A stretch of DNA of 55,750 nucleotides, filler included, from Bipalium vagum (Eukaryota), in the NCBI GenBank assembly GCA_037834085.1. It is 3 parts of 3 records of this genome, joined end to end, with 100 filler letters (N's around TTAATTAATTAA, not from the genome) between each part and the next. Parts side by side here need not be neighbours in the genome. Positions count along the whole stretch, not along the records: positions 32,343 to 55,750 come from JBBMKC010209153.1; 2 more parts are not named here. One strand, 5' to 3'. The notes under the pieces are model-generated. The model was not told the DNA's origin. It made no database searches and was given only the letters and a program-made list of their open reading frames with translations. The position numbers were made by a program, and so were the translations under genes. This document shows positions 54,911-55,750 of the stretch, piece after piece (within the stretch, counting starts at the first letter, position 1; the number at the start of each line of letters is the position of its first letter).

Positions 54911-55676
54911 GTGATGAATAATTCCTTCACAAATCTACATAACACTCAGTAACAGCTTTTACCGAATAGTCCAGCCTTTCGAACTCATGGAAAGGGATAC
55001 TTAGGATCAAACCAATTATGCATTCTCTTTGGATTGGAATACATAACCTATTTTTCATAGAAAATCAATATTCAATAGCAAAAAGATTCTGTTTAGCCTA
55101 CCAATATGAAAGCTGCACATTATCAGCCGCTGGAATCTATTCTCCGGTGTTAAATCACGTGTAACCCATTTTCTTACATTCCATATATTTTCAATCTCAT
55201 GCAAACGCCTTCTTATTGTTTTTTCATTGGTATTACATGTCACCCAAAGTTCTTTACATGTCAGACTTGAATCTGATTTAATTGCTTTTTTAAATTCATC
55301 ATTTTTATGGAAACTGGTTTCCCAGATCTGGGTTCATATTCCAGATTCTCATTACTCGACATAACCTTTTGAAACCAATTACAAGCACCTCATTCCTTTA
55401 TTGCATCTTTAAATACCAAACATTTTTTCAATACGTTTCCCAGGCATTAGATCCAAACGTGAACTCATGAAGTAAACAGGACCAGGTGGTTAGTTTTCTG
55501 TCGGTAATATTAACTAATAAAGATAATCAAACAAAACAATTATAATATATTTAAATATAAAAAAACATATTTGATTTAAAGTAATGTATAAAAACAAATT
55601 GTTTGTAAAGAAAAAGACAATAAATTATCCGATGAAATGTAAATTACAAGATCTGCGAAATTTGATTGGACACATA
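54911..55676 (-). mobile_element. 5' half of a mariner element related to the 44474-45586 family
   Basis: ORF 55055..55243 (KTIRRRLHEI...KWVTRDLTPENRFQR), upstream HEFTFG and WFQKV remnants, and a terminus TATGTGTCCAATCAAATTTCGCAG similar to the 44474 TIR. Confidence 0.7.
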
Positions 55677-55750
55677 TTAGGTCAGTCCATAAGTTCGTGC
55701 GTATTAATAAATATTATGTAAATATAAAAATAAAAAGCAAATGAAATCGA
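55675..55750 (+). mobile_element. Terminal inverted repeat of another mariner element running off the window end
   Basis: TA-TTAGGTCAGTCCATAAGTTCGTGCG resembles mariner TIRs that begin TTAGGT...ATAAGTTC. Confidence 0.5.

Overview
AT-rich eukaryotic (invertebrate animal) genomic scaffold with spliceosomal introns. It is not prokaryotic. The base composition, 43-73 nt mini-introns and load of decayed mariner elements resemble a flatworm genome, but that assignment is inference only. Five spliced genes can be rebuilt by hand with consistent splice phases: (1) a 3'-truncated secreted or membrane protein with CUB, C-type lectin and LDLa domains (minus strand, possibly a GRL101-type receptor ectodomain); (2) a compact 523-aa PARG that needs a GC-AG intron; (3) a 715-aa mitochondrial FAD glycerol-3-phosphate dehydrogenase (GPD2) with EF-hands; (4) a 356-aa RFC3; (5) a 422-aa rhodopsin-family peptide GPCR. 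There is also a probable orphan coding exon at 53366. Introns and intergenic DNA are full of decayed Tc1/mariner, pogo, Gypsy-like and LINE-like relics, including a DD37E-type element and a TIR-intact Tc1-like element with DD36E spacing. Two 100-nt assembly gaps carry an artificial TTAATTAATTAA spacer. The least explained signal is a set of non-coding hairpin-dense islands (about 16.4-16.6, 31.8-32.2, 36.1-36.7 and 49.0-49.6 kb) whose G-U wobbles mostly favour the + strand. One of them holds a 93-nt tandem unit with a compensatory base-pair change and retained GNRA loops, and its TG-start terminus recurs inverted at about 9.1 kb. These may be LTRs or leaders of a retroelement family, or uncharacterised structured RNAs. 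No complete novel system can be proven from the sequence alone.
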